Shown: one piece after another, positions 9,769-18,578 of the stretch
Layout: each line of letters begins with the position of its first letter
How positions within the stretch are numbered: the stretch's first letter is position 1
Notes under the pieces: model-generated
The model's database searches: none
The model's input: only the letters and a program-made list of their open reading frames with translations
What the model was told of the DNA's origin: nothing
DNA from: Prolixibacteraceae bacterium
Lineage (GTDB): Bacteria > Bacteroidota > Bacteroidia > Bacteroidales > Prolixibacteraceae
DNA length: 64,000 nt
NCBI GenBank assembly: GCA_023228025.1
Contig: JALOCD010000004.1
Location: forward strand, 3,860 to 67,859
Direction of reading: 5' to 3'
Made by a program: the position numbers and the translations under genes

Positions 9769-10671
9769 TTATCTTTTATTGTTTATTTCATTCAACATTT
9801 TATAAAGCCTCTCGACCTCTGTATAAAATCCGCACAGCGTTGCGGCAATCTCTTTCACAGTTTTGGTTTCATTGAGGGATTCTTCAAGCGCCAAATGGGC
9901 TATTCTGAGCTTTTTTACTGCCTCAATGGTTTGTTGCCTAAATTCTTTAAGAACTACGATCCTCTTTTTCAAACCGATGTAATCCCTTTCACTTTCTATG
10001 GTGGGAGGCATTCTTTTGGCAAAATAGAAGCCGAAACTTTCGCCCAAACCAGAATCTTCATTGGCAATGAGTTGAACAAGCAACTCCGACGACAAATACT
10101 TCTCCATCTCACTGCACAAACAGGACACCAGCGTATCTGCCTGGTTCACATATCTTTTCAGCGCTTTATATTGCCTGTTCGACAGGTATGTGTTGGTTCC
10201 CAGGCTAAGGGTTTCCCCTAACAAGGTACCCAGACCGGACGGCAACTTGCCAACTTCCGTTACCTGATTGTAATCTCCGGTCAGCGTTTCCAATTGCGCT
10301 CCAAAAGTTCCGTAAAGTTTACTGTTTGCCTTGGCAGGGGCATCGCTTGAGAGTGAAACCAATCCATTTGCATAGTTTTCCAGAATTTTAAATACGGGCC
10401 TTACCCTGGCGGGAACTTTGTCGTTACTGAAGCGTTCCCGGACAATGTCATTCAGTTCGTTTAGATGGGTGAACGGATCAGTAAAGGAGTTGGCATAATA
10501 AATTCCCCTGAGCTCACGAATTTCAGCAAGCTCCATCCATAACTTTTCAGGTAAAGTGGAGAAATTAGCGGTATTGACAGCAAATTGCTGGACAATCGCT
10601 CTTTGCTCTTTGGAAACGGAGATACAACTTCCAAGGAAGAGCAGCAGTATCAGGCAGTAACAAGGTTTCAT
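9769..10671 (-). CDS. hypothetical lipoprotein
   Basis: 300 aa. Lipobox LLLFLGSC. No recognisable domain. Confidence 0.55.
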   Translation of the reverse strand: MKPCYCLILLLFLGSCISVSKEQRAIVQQFAVNTANFSTLPEKLWMELAEIRELRGIYYANSFTDPFTHLNELNDIVRERFSNDKVPARVRPVFKILENYANGLVSLSSDAPAKANSKLYGTFGAQLETLTGDYNQVTEVGKLPSGLGTLLGETLSLGTNTYLSNRQYKALKRYVNQADTLVSCLCSEMEKYLSSELLVQLIANEDSGLGESFGFYFAKRMPPTIESERDYIGLKKRIVVLKEFRQQTIEAVKKLRIAHLALEESLNETKTVKEIAATLCGFYTEVERLYKMLNEINNKR

Positions 10672-10724
10672 CTAAGGGATTTAGGAAGAATGGGATATGC
10701 TACGCTACGGAAAATATGAAAAAC

Positions 10725-10773
10725 AGATATGAGTTATGAGATATGAGTTATGAGATTAAAATTGTTTAAGTAT
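10725..10773. repeat. C-free 'gagttatgagat' word-repeat
   Basis: gatatgagttatgagatatgagttatgagatt inside a 49-nt run with no C on the + strand. Same word as 45378-45445 and 26800-26812. Confidence 0.8.
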
Positions 10774-11007
10774 CAAAATTGGAAAACAGGGAAAGTTAGG
10801 TATTTTAATCATGAAAAACGAATGAATTTCGAAATATTTTATGTCCTCGTCATGAGAAGCATCCTTCTTTATTTTGACGTTGTTTTTAGTGTAATTCTAA
10901 ATTCGCAAAGTTGGATCGGTCAAATACTTCTTCATTCTGCTAAATCCGTATGATTTTATAGCCCGCGTTATCTCAAGCCAGGACAGTCAGAACGGTTATG
11001 TTGCTCA

Positions 11008-11737
11008 TTATAAGACAGTATAACTTTGATTAAAATACTGTTTTTTGAACCATAACTCAAAGGCGGGGTCAACAAATTCAAAGACACTGTTAATTTCGTG
11101 AATAATGTCTGAATTTATGAGGATGGTTTTGTTTTTACTCACATTTCGTGGTGTGCCCAGTGCATGTTTTTGCATTACAGCAGTACTTGTAAATTGTGTT
11201 TCTCCTTTTACTACTGCTTTTAATAAATTTAGCTGGGTATGGCTGATGCTTTCGGTTTCTTTTTGATACAAAGGCGAATTGGCATTAATTAACTCTTTTA
11301 ATGCAGTATTTACTTCGGTAATAGTAGCTTTTGTGTCAGTTAAATTCCAAATATAGTGAGCCAATTGTTGTACATACCACGAATGATTTTTCATTAATGA
11401 GGGAACCATTCCGGCAGTTTTTTCATCAATTTGTTTCCCTGTATTGGCAAAGCCGTTGCAAATAAAGTCAATCCACTTTTTTGTTTCAATTTTTTGAAGC
11501 AACATGATATCGCCAAAGCGATAAAAAGGTTTGGCAGGATTGTTGAATATATCGGTCATCATGTGGCGTTTGCTACCACTTTTCCACCAACGACGATTTG
11601 CCCCACCGCCGGGGTGATATAATGGTGGTGTTAATTCCATTGAGTAAATTGCTTTGCAATTTTGCGGATTCAGACTCCCTGTTCGTAAAAGAATGCTCAC
11701 TAACCGTGGTGCCATATATAAATGGTGAATCTTTCAT
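11008..11737 (-). pseudogene. AAA/Arch_ATPase-type ATP-binding protein (DUF234-type C-terminus) with an internal deletion and frameshift
   Basis: A 54-codon ORF from the ATG at 11737 reads MKDSPFIYGTTVSEHSFTNRESE..NTTIISPRRWGKSSLVEKW* (N-terminus plus Walker A). It then switches frame directly into ..GSKRHMMTDIFNNPAKPFYRFGD.. of ORF 11008..11715. From memory of family members, roughly 130 aa between Walker A and this block are missing. Confidence 0.6.
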
Positions 11738-12205
11738 TTTTTATCGTTTAGTATTGTACCACATGGTATAATACACAAAGGTATAAAATTATGCCATTTT
11801 ATAATTCCTTTTCCTTTGCTGTATATTTCTTCTAACCCCGACAGGTTCTGAAAACCTTTCGGGTTTAAACACGTTCCTCATCTAGCAAAGCAAACATCTG
11901 CTCCCCCCGGCGTTCGCCCTGGCTTAAACCGAAAACTCGCGGCCGAAGTCTTGAAAACAGCATACAGAAAACGCATCGAAACACGTTTAATATTTCCTGG
12001 CACGCATAATTGCCGCAAGCAGCTGATAACTACTCCACCCAGAAAAACGGCACAGGGAGTTACGAAAGCGAGGAACACATAACTTTCCTATCATTCACGC
12101 AACTAGCTACCATGCTTCATAATTATTCGATTTGAATGCAGCGAAACTGACGCATTAATTGCACCTGAAATCAACTCCAAATTACACCACTCGTTTAGTT
12201 AGACT

Positions 12206-12853
12206 TTACTTTAACCGACCATTTTCTTTTAGAAAACTCTCAAAACAAGAAGCCTTATTTTTCATCTTCTCTCCATTTTTTTCCTTTACCGATTTTTCAA
12301 TAACTACATCATTATCAAATTTTATTCTAAAAGCATCTATCGATTTTGTCGTTAATGACTCAATGGTTGAAGACAGTTGTTCGTTTGGAATATAAGCTCC
12401 ATATGAAATCGTTGTTACTAAATCACCCATAGTGATCTTTGAATTATTTAGAACCGCTGTAGCACTAAAATTTAATGGTTCTCCATCTTTCAAGCCTAGC
12501 ATAAATTCATTTCCTTTTGATCCTTTTAATTGAGCTTCAGCTGCCGCATTTTGTTTTGAACTTTCAGATTTTTTTATAAGAAGTTGGATGAAATTTGCAT
12601 CTTGTTCTGAACCAATTATTAACGTTACTTGCAATGTTGAAGTAGCACCACCAATAATCACTGCTCCAGAGCTTGTTTCAAATAATTCACCCATCCAGGC
12701 CGTAAATTTCTTCTTCGAAATTTTATCTACAGTTAAGATGTCTGGCTTACATTTTTGAGCAAATAAATCTAAATTAAATGAAGATAAAAGGATGCTCATT
12801 AAAATTAAAATTGTAATTCTTTTAAAGTTTGAGGCTAATTGTAGAGTTTTCAT
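12206..12853 (-). CDS. hypothetical secreted/lipoprotein
   Basis: 215 aa with an N-terminal signal peptide (ILILMSILLSSFNLDLFAQKC). No family recognised. Confidence 0.5.
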   Translation of the reverse strand: MKTLQLASNFKRITILILMSILLSSFNLDLFAQKCKPDILTVDKISKKKFTAWMGELFETSSGAVIIGGATSTLQVTLIIGSEQDANFIQLLIKKSESSKQNAAAEAQLKGSKGNEFMLGLKDGEPLNFSATAVLNNSKITMGDLVTTISYGAYIPNEQLSSTIESLTTKSIDAFRIKFDNDVVIEKSVKEKNGEKMKNKASCFESFLKENGRLK

Positions 12854-13088
12854 GTCTATAATAATTATAAAATTTTCCTACTCTTAAGGTTTTTCGGTAT
12901 CACCCCGTTTTTAAAGTGGTTTCTGGATTCCACTTTTATGTTTTTTTTGTTACTTTAGGTGGTCGGCCTTTATTGACCATCAATACTATTCATAGTAGGT
13001 TATTAATCATCATCTTGTAAACATCAAACACAAAACGCATCAAATACATTCCATGTTTCTTGGGTATGTTACACGCTCTGCTTTAAAG

Positions 13089-13128
13089 AGGGTGCGCTCT
13101 TCGCTGCTTCGCGCTCATGGCGCACCCT
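13089..13128 (-). terminator. stem-loop overlapping the stop codon of the FISUMP repeat gene
   Basis: AGGGTGCGC-22 nt-GCGCACCCT, a 9-bp GC-rich stem. On the - strand it is followed by ctttaaag. Confidence 0.45.
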
Positions 13129-15052
13129 AATTTTTAATGCAACGAACTGAAAAGCCAGCAGAAGAATAGGTGTCACCATCACCAAATTGACCATAATTGT
13201 ATACTACACCATAAAACAAAGCACTCGGTGACATAATTTTCGTTGAACACCACCATAGTGCAGCTTGTCCAAAGAGAGAAAACGTTCCTGCTGTGAAACC
13301 ATCAAAAGGCTGAGTTCCTTGCCTACACCCCCCTGGAAGGCCCGAAAAACCACTTGCATTGTTTGCGCCTAAGTTAGGGCTTAACCAGTGGCTAGTACCT
13401 GCCTCCTTAAGCTTACCACCTGCAACCTCAGCTCCTCCCAAATAATCTGTCAGAATTGTCCATTCATCACGGGTGGGAACATGCCAGCCTTGAGGGCAAA
13501 GGTCTCCTATGCCTACAGTATACCAATTGTATAATGCCCCATAGGTGTTTTTATTGGCATTGTCATTATTATACCAGCAGTAGCCTGAATTAGTAAGATT
13601 ATTCCATGCAGTATTATCTGTAACATTTGGGATATTCAAGCCATTATTAAATTTTGTGGTTTTTAGGTTGGAGGCCATCCAAACCTGTGAGCCTATGTTA
13701 ACTGTGGCATAAGTATTGCCATCGGTATCTGTAATAGTACCGTCGGAACTAGGTGCTGTAGTAAAGCTTAGATTGCCTCCATAAGATGTTCCCTGATTAT
13801 TGATAGCATATGCTCTGAAATAGTAAGTTTTTGCTGCAATTAGTCCTGCAATATTTGATGAGAAACTACCAGTTCCATTGCCTATTGAGATTCTGGTGTT
13901 TGCTGTGGTAGGATTCTCCGTAGTTGCATAAACAATTCCACGTTCTATGACTGCTGCACTACCATCATTTGTCACATTTCCACCCAAAGTGGCTCCACTG
14001 GAGGTTATATTGGAGGCAGAAGCGGTTGTTACCGTTGGGGTTGAAATATTAGTTGTAAACGATTCCTGACTCCCATAAGCTGTGCCCTGACTGTTTACAG
14101 CATATGCCCGAACATAATAAGTGGTTCCTCCAGTAAGTCCTGCAATATTTGATGTAAAACTTCCAGTTCCTGTACCAATAGAAATCCTGATGTTTACTGT
14201 GGTAGGATTCTGTGTAGTAGCATAAACAACTCCACGCTCAATGACTGTTGCATTGCCATCATTGGTTACATTTCCACCCAATGTGGCTCCAAAGAAGGTT
14301 ATATTTGATGCAACAGTAGTAGATACCGTGGCAAGCGAAAGGGTTAAACTGGTTGTAAAGGTTACTTGACTCCCATAAGCTGTTCCTTGACTGTTGGTCG
14401 CATAAGCTCTAACAAAGTATGTAGTTCCAGCTGTAAGTCCTGTAATATTGGAAGTGAAACTACCTGTTCCAGTTCCAATAGCTACCTTGGTGTTTGAAGT
14501 GGTAGGATTTTGTGTGGTTGCAAATACAACTCCACATTCGGAAACTGTTGCATTACCATCACCTGTCACATTACCGCCTAATGTTGCTCCTGTTGAGGTA
14601 ATAGTTGATGCTGCAGTAGTTGTTATAGTTGCAAGTGAAAGTGTAATTGTCGTACTAAATGTTTCTTGGCTTCCATATGCTGTTCCCTGACTATTGATCG
14701 CATATGCCCTAACATAGTAAGTTGTTCCTGCGGTAACGCCAGTAACGTTAGTAGTGAAACTTCCGGTGCCAGTTCCAACAGCTACTTTGGTATTTGATGT
14801 TGTCGGATTTTGAGTTGTGGCATAAACAACTCCTCGCTCTGTAATCGTTGCATTTCCATCACTTGTAACATTACCCCCTAATATTGCTCCTGTGGCAGTA
14901 ACAGTTGATGCTGATGTGGTTGTTACTATTGGAAGTGAAACCTTTACAGTTGGCGGTGTTACCACTTTTGTCGAATCTTTTGAGCAATAAAAAAGCATTG
15001 ATAACATCAGTACTGCGAGAAGTACCCGCAAAATCACAAAATGATTTTTCAT
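13127..15052 (-). CDS. lipoprotein with 4 tandem ~100-aa Ig/Fn3-like repeats and a C-terminal FISUMP (Fibrobacter succinogenes major paralogous) domain
   Basis: Lipobox LSMLFYC. The repeats read ..GATLGGNVT.DGNATV.ERGVVYATTQNPTT..GTGTGSFTSNI.GLT.GTTYYVRAYA.NSQGTAYGSQ. The C-terminus DGNTYATVNIGSQVWMASNLK..YGALYNWYT..CPQGWHVPTRDEW..GFSVRCIKN is the FISUMP signature. Confidence 0.8.
   Translation of the reverse strand: MKNHFVILRVLLAVLMLSMLFYCSKDSTKVVTPPTVKVSLPIVTTTSASTVTATGAILGGNVTSDGNATITERGVVYATTQNPTTSNTKVAVGTGTGSFTTNVTGVTAGTTYYVRAYAINSQGTAYGSQETFSTTITLSLATITTTAASTITSTGATLGGNVTGDGNATVSECGVVFATTQNPTTSNTKVAIGTGTGSFTSNITGLTAGTTYFVRAYATNSQGTAYGSQVTFTTSLTLSLATVSTTVASNITFFGATLGGNVTNDGNATVIERGVVYATTQNPTTVNIRISIGTGTGSFTSNIAGLTGGTTYYVRAYAVNSQGTAYGSQESFTTNISTPTVTTASASNITSSGATLGGNVTNDGSAAVIERGIVYATTENPTTANTRISIGNGTGSFSSNIAGLIAAKTYYFRAYAINNQGTSYGGNLSFTTAPSSDGTITDTDGNTYATVNIGSQVWMASNLKTTKFNNGLNIPNVTDNTAWNNLTNSGYCWYNNDNANKNTYGALYNWYTVGIGDLCPQGWHVPTRDEWTILTDYLGGAEVAGGKLKEAGTSHWLSPNLGANNASGFSGLPGGCRQGTQPFDGFTAGTFSLFGQAALWWCSTKIMSPSALFYGVVYNYGQFGDGDTYSSAGFSVRCIKN
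13754..14932 (-). repeat. in-frame tandem coding repeats, 4 units of ~294-300 bp
   Basis: Protein residues about 41-433. The period is 100, 100, then 98 aa, and unit identity is visibly high at the protein level. Confidence 0.8.
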
Positions 15053-15124
15053 TGTGGTTTGGTTTAAGTGATTAAAAAATTGTTAGGTTTTTAACAAAAA
15101 AACAGCGTGGCCAAATTGCCTGCA

Positions 15125-15243
15125 CCGTTTCAGAGGTCCGACCAAGGACCCGACAAACAAGAGCACAACAACGACCACGCCTTGACGTGGCGTTTTGCTT
15201 ACTCTCCTGTTTGTCTTTTAAATTTGGTCGGTTTCTGAAACAG
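15125..15243. other. rod-like structured element 73 nt upstream of the FISUMP repeat gene (candidate leader RNA/ncRNA)
   Basis: Stacked stems: 15127-15134/15234-15241 (8 bp), 15138-15145/15224-15231 (8 bp), 15152-15159/15208-15215 (8 bp). Apical stem 15171-15179/15186-15193 has one bulge. A weaker outer extension reaches 15103-15258. Confidence 0.4.
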
Positions 15244-15584
15244 AATTCGGCTAAACGCTATATTTTATATTTCTTAAATTCTACATTCGATTATAATTCA
15301 TTATTATATAGATATATACATGTATCAAAGTGAAATTTTATTTTTGTAACGATAAAGGTAAACATAAAAATATTTAATTGCAATTTTTTCCACTGAAAAA
15401 GATCGCTGAGTAGTTTAAGTTCTTTCATTAAGGCCTTAATGGCTACAGAAGTTAATCATCACTTTAGAGCCAAAATTGTCACTGATGTACCATAATGAGG
15501 CTTGTTCGTATAATAATTCCTTTACTATTCGTTCTGCAATATCTCCCATGTTCAATTTTTATTGAACTCCCATATTGGGATGTT

Positions 15585-15709
15585 TACCGGACGTTTACAA
15601 AATGGCTACCGGACGTTTATTAAAATGGTTATCAGATGCTTGCCGGATGTACACGAAATGGCTACCGGACGTTTATCGGACGTTTATTAAATGGTTATCA
15701 GACGTTCTT
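15585..15709. repeat. array of seven TAYCRGAYGT boxes with 11-bp phasing (iteron-like)
   Basis: Box starts are 15585, 15607, 15630, 15641, 15663, 15674 and 15696, giving spacings of 22, 23, 11, 22, 11 and 22. The longer unit AAATGGYTAYCRGAYG recurs at 15601, 15624, 15657 and 15690. Confidence 0.7.
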
Positions 15710-15891
15710 TAAATTATTCTTGATAAAACATATTTAGTGCCTCTTCCCGTGCTGCCTACTCTTTCAAGCAATTGTTTCTCCGTCAAATCTTGCAATTCAA
15801 TCGATGCAACAGTTTTTTTGATTGAGTTTATCTTTTGGTACTCAGAATTTATTTGATTTTTGAGTCTATCAAAATTAAGAATCTTATCCGG
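15709..15891 (-). pseudogene. C-terminal winged-helix stub of a Fic/RecG-like regulator-type protein (no start, in-frame stop just upstream)
   Basis: Reverse frame reads FPDKILNFDRLKNQINSEYQKINSIKKTVASIELQDLTEKQLLERVGSTGRGTKYVLSRII*. The ..L.E.G.L..VG..GRGT.Y.L ending is typical of C-terminal wHTH modules. The ORF is closed by TAA immediately 5' of it. Confidence 0.3.
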
Positions 15892-16206
15892 AAATTATCT
15901 CTTTCTATTTTCAATTTCCAACCCTGTTCACCAGAAACCCCTGGATCAATTTTGTCTGGTTGAGATTAGTATTGAGGTTCCTGTTTACAATGAATTTATT
16001 TTCGGTTATTTTGACACGTATTCTGAAATTATTGCTACTTTTTCGTCAATATTGATGAAAAAACAGCGATATTTTTGTCAGATTGGACAAAAATATCGGT
16101 TTTAGTAATTGAAAAACAAAAAAAAACATATTATGAGACCGTTTAAAATTTGCTTTTTTGTCCCGTACGGGCGAAGTCATTAAATTAAGAAAATTTTATG
16201 CGACTC

Positions 16207-16400
16207 TCAACAGATTGCTTCACACTTCGTTCCTCGTGTTCGCAATGACGGATCATTTTTTTGGAGGTGAGGGTTGAAAGAAGGAGGCGGATAATGAGTT
16301 TTCGGTAATTGCAGAATCGCCGTCCGCCTCCTTCTCTCCACCCTCACAAAGTCAACAGCATACCGTCATTGCGAGGAGGAACGACGAAGCAATCTGTTGA
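16207..16400. repeat. composite ~190-nt palindromic element (two-tier hairpin)
   Basis: Outer arms: tcaacagattgcttca.cttcgttcctcg..cgcaatgacgg (16207-16251) pairs with ccgtcattgcgaggaggaacgacgaagcaatctgttga (16363-16400). Inner arms: ggaggtgagggttgaaagaaggaggcgga (16263-16291) pairs with tccgcctccttctctccaccctcac (16323-16347). Confidence 0.8.
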
Positions 16401-16551
16401 TATTCAGTTAAATATACAGTAGACGGACTGTTCTAATATTCGCAATTTTGATCTTGTTACTAATCCTGCTTACTCTTCCCAATTTTCCACAGAATCATTT
16501 CTTATCTTCACAACAAATTTCTGAGGTTTTATTTATAGAGAAGGAGCAATC

Positions 16552-16974
16552 ATGCGGAGAAAGAACTTTCTGGCAATTGTACTGTTTCTGACTTTCAGCT
16601 GTTTGGCAAATGCCCAATCGCTTGATTTTTATCTAAAAAAGGGACTCGAAAACAGTCCGCTACTCAAAGAATTCAACAACCAACTGCTCTCCGGTGCCCT
16701 CGATAGTTTGTTGACCAGCACTACCTACAAACCACAGATTAACCATGTTTCACAAGCCCTATACGCACCTGTCGGCAAAAATCTGGGGTATGACGAAGCC
16801 ATCACCAACGGGGGTAATTTTTCTGCCCTTGTCAACCTGGTGCAACCGCTGCTCAACAAACGGATCAAAGAGGGCCAGTTCAGGGATATTTCACTTTCCA
16901 ATCAGGCCATTGGAGGTTTCCCCCATAAAATAGGCTCTCCTTTGTGTATTCCTTTGTGCCTTCCTTTGTGGTGA
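16552..16974 (+). pseudogene. N-terminal ~120-aa stub of a TolC-family outer-membrane efflux protein, truncated by a 'cctttgtg' word-repeat
   Basis: Signal peptide plus LDFYLKKGLENSPLLKEFNNQ..YKPQI..LVQPLLN matches TolC/OMF N-termini, and full-length proteins are over 400 aa. After about residue 120 the frame runs into tcctttgtgtattcctttgtgccttcctttgtggtg and stops. No RND or MFP partner genes follow. Confidence 0.55.
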
Positions 16975-17295
16975 AGTTTCACAAAATCTTATCACAATGG
17001 TCCAAAAGGATATCACGAAGGGCTCAACGGGAGTAAAAATCAAAGATTTAACAAACATATCCCAACTTATTACCTCTTTTCGCCTTTGAATTGTGCTAAA
17101 AATTCATTATTTATAATAACTATTTAACATATTTACTTAATAACTATTGAATATATACCTCTATATTAGCTGTTTACATTTCTATTATTTATACAGTCTA
17201 AATTAAAATAACGAGCCCAAAAACGTAAACCTGCTGCAAAAAAAATCGTATTAAAATGTGATAAACTTTTCAGTAACCAATTAAATTTTAATGCG

Positions 17296-18171
17296 ATGAA
17301 AGGAAAATACTATTTTGCCACACTTTTTGTGCTTCTTGTGACAGGATTTATTCTATCCAATTGTACGAAATCGGAAACGGTTGATCCGTTCGAAATCAAA
17401 CTGGCCAGCTCTTCTACACTTGGCAGTTACCTGACTGATAAAGCCGGAAATGCATTGTACTTCTTTGCGAATGACGCCAATGGACTTAACAATTGCACCG
17501 GTGGTTGCACTACGGCATGGCCTATTTTTACCGTTGCTATGCTCTCCATGGACAAATTGGCTCCGGGCCTCTCATTTGCAGATTTCGGAACGATCAATGT
17601 TGGAACAGGAAATCAGGTCACTTACAAAGGGTGGCCACTCTATTATTATGCACCAGGTGGCGTACGTGAACAACCTAATTTAACCTCCGGCGAGGGTGTC
17701 AATAAATTATGGTTTGTCGCTAAACCAGACTATACCTTTATGCTGGCAAATGCCCAGCTCGTTGGAGCCGATGGAAAGAACTACATTGTATCTGCTACCA
17801 ATGTTTACTCTGAAGGGGTTGGGAAAACCACCTATTTCACCGATATCAGTGGCCGTACACTTTATGCTTTTGCAAAAGACAGCGCCAATTTAAACAAGTA
17901 TACGAAGGCCGACCTTTCCAACAACGGAATCTGGCCGATCTATGAAACAAACAAAATTGTTGTGCCTTCGATTTTGGACAAATCGTTGTTTGGTACCATA
18001 ACCATTTATGGAAAAAGTCAGCCTACCTACAAAGGATGGCCTATGTATTATTATGGCCCGGATGCCGATGCCTCAGGCAAGTTCAGAGGAAACAACAAGG
18101 GTGTCAGTGTTCCAAAACCCAATGTTTGGCCAGTATTTATAATGGATTCCCCTCCCGCGCCAAAGAAATAA
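17296..18171 (+). CDS. lipoprotein with two 'secreted repeat of unknown function' (COG4315 / Lipoprotein_15-type) modules
   Basis: Lipobox FILSNC. Duplicated G.ALYFFAND..C.GGC...WP and TYKGWPLYYY / TYKGWPMYYY motifs. Confidence 0.7.
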   Translation: MKGKYYFATLFVLLVTGFILSNCTKSETVDPFEIKLASSSTLGSYLTDKAGNALYFFANDANGLNNCTGGCTTAWPIFTVAMLSMDKLAPGLSFADFGTINVGTGNQVTYKGWPLYYYAPGGVREQPNLTSGEGVNKLWFVAKPDYTFMLANAQLVGADGKNYIVSATNVYSEGVGKTTYFTDISGRTLYAFAKDSANLNKYTKADLSNNGIWPIYETNKIVVPSILDKSLFGTITIYGKSQPTYKGWPMYYYGPDADASGKFRGNNKGVSVPKPNVWPVFIMDSPPAPKK

Positions 18172-18190
18172 ACTACTAAAAAGTGGTTAT

Positions 18191-18232
18191 AAAACACCAA
18201 AAGAGGCTATTTAAGGCCTCTTTTGGTGTTTT
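18191..18232. terminator. rho-independent terminator (bidirectional architecture)
   Basis: AAAACACCAAAAGAGGC-ctatttaa-GCCTCTTTTGGTGTTTT. A 17-bp perfect stem with A/T tracts inside the arms. Confidence 0.75.
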
Positions 18233-18578
18233 AGGCGCATTTTAAGCGTTGAAACAAGGTATCTCTTAACTACGAAGGGGGAGTAATCTCAATTTAAGCA
18301 TCTATCCTTCTTATGAACTGGTTATCCATCGTCTCTCGGTAGTCGTTCAGCCGGGATTTTATCTTTTCAGAAAGACGACCCTTAACAACAAGCCACCTAC
18401 CTATCTGCGCCTGGGTTTGCTATTTCAGCGCACCAATAGAATTCTCACAGGTATCTGTCTGCGGGCGCACAATTACCAAGTTTCAGATTTTATCGAATGG
18501 AGCGCCGGCTATCGGATTAATCTTTCTTTCGAATGAATTGAGTCCGCCATTCATCCAATTGGCAAAGGTGACTCCTTT

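Noticed and set aside
11878-12078. A relatively GC-rich, ORF-poor island (66-aa ORF on the - strand) that might be an ncRNA such as RNase P RNA, tmRNA or a riboswitch.
   Set aside because: It has no GAGGAAAGTCC-type RNase P motif, no tmRNA tag or tRNA-like end, and no riboswitch core I could recognise. It has no convincing secondary structure or protein similarity. It is more likely a decayed gene fragment. It needs an Rfam/BLASTX check.
15445-15558. A 37-codon reverse-strand ORF (MGDIAERIVKELLYEQASLWYISDNFGSKVMINFCSH) beside the box array.
   Set aside because: It is too short, has no recognisable family and has no supporting signal. It could be real but cannot be supported from sequence alone.
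15053-16551. Chromosomal origin (oriC), suggested by the AT-rich tract plus the phased boxes.
   Set aside because: I found no TTATCCACA-type DnaA boxes by eye, and there is no dnaA, dnaN or other origin-linked gene nearby. The boxes do not resemble DnaA boxes. I kept it only as an 'iteron-like array' finding.
18250-18578. Three short reverse-strand frames (..FANWMNGGLNSFERKINPIAG.., ..QTQAQIGRWLVVKGRLSEKIKSRLNDYRETMDNQFIRRIDA*) that might be a transposase or other gene remnant.
   Set aside because: I cannot assign them to any family from memory. The frames are interrupted by stops and there is no start. They are not reported as a feature.
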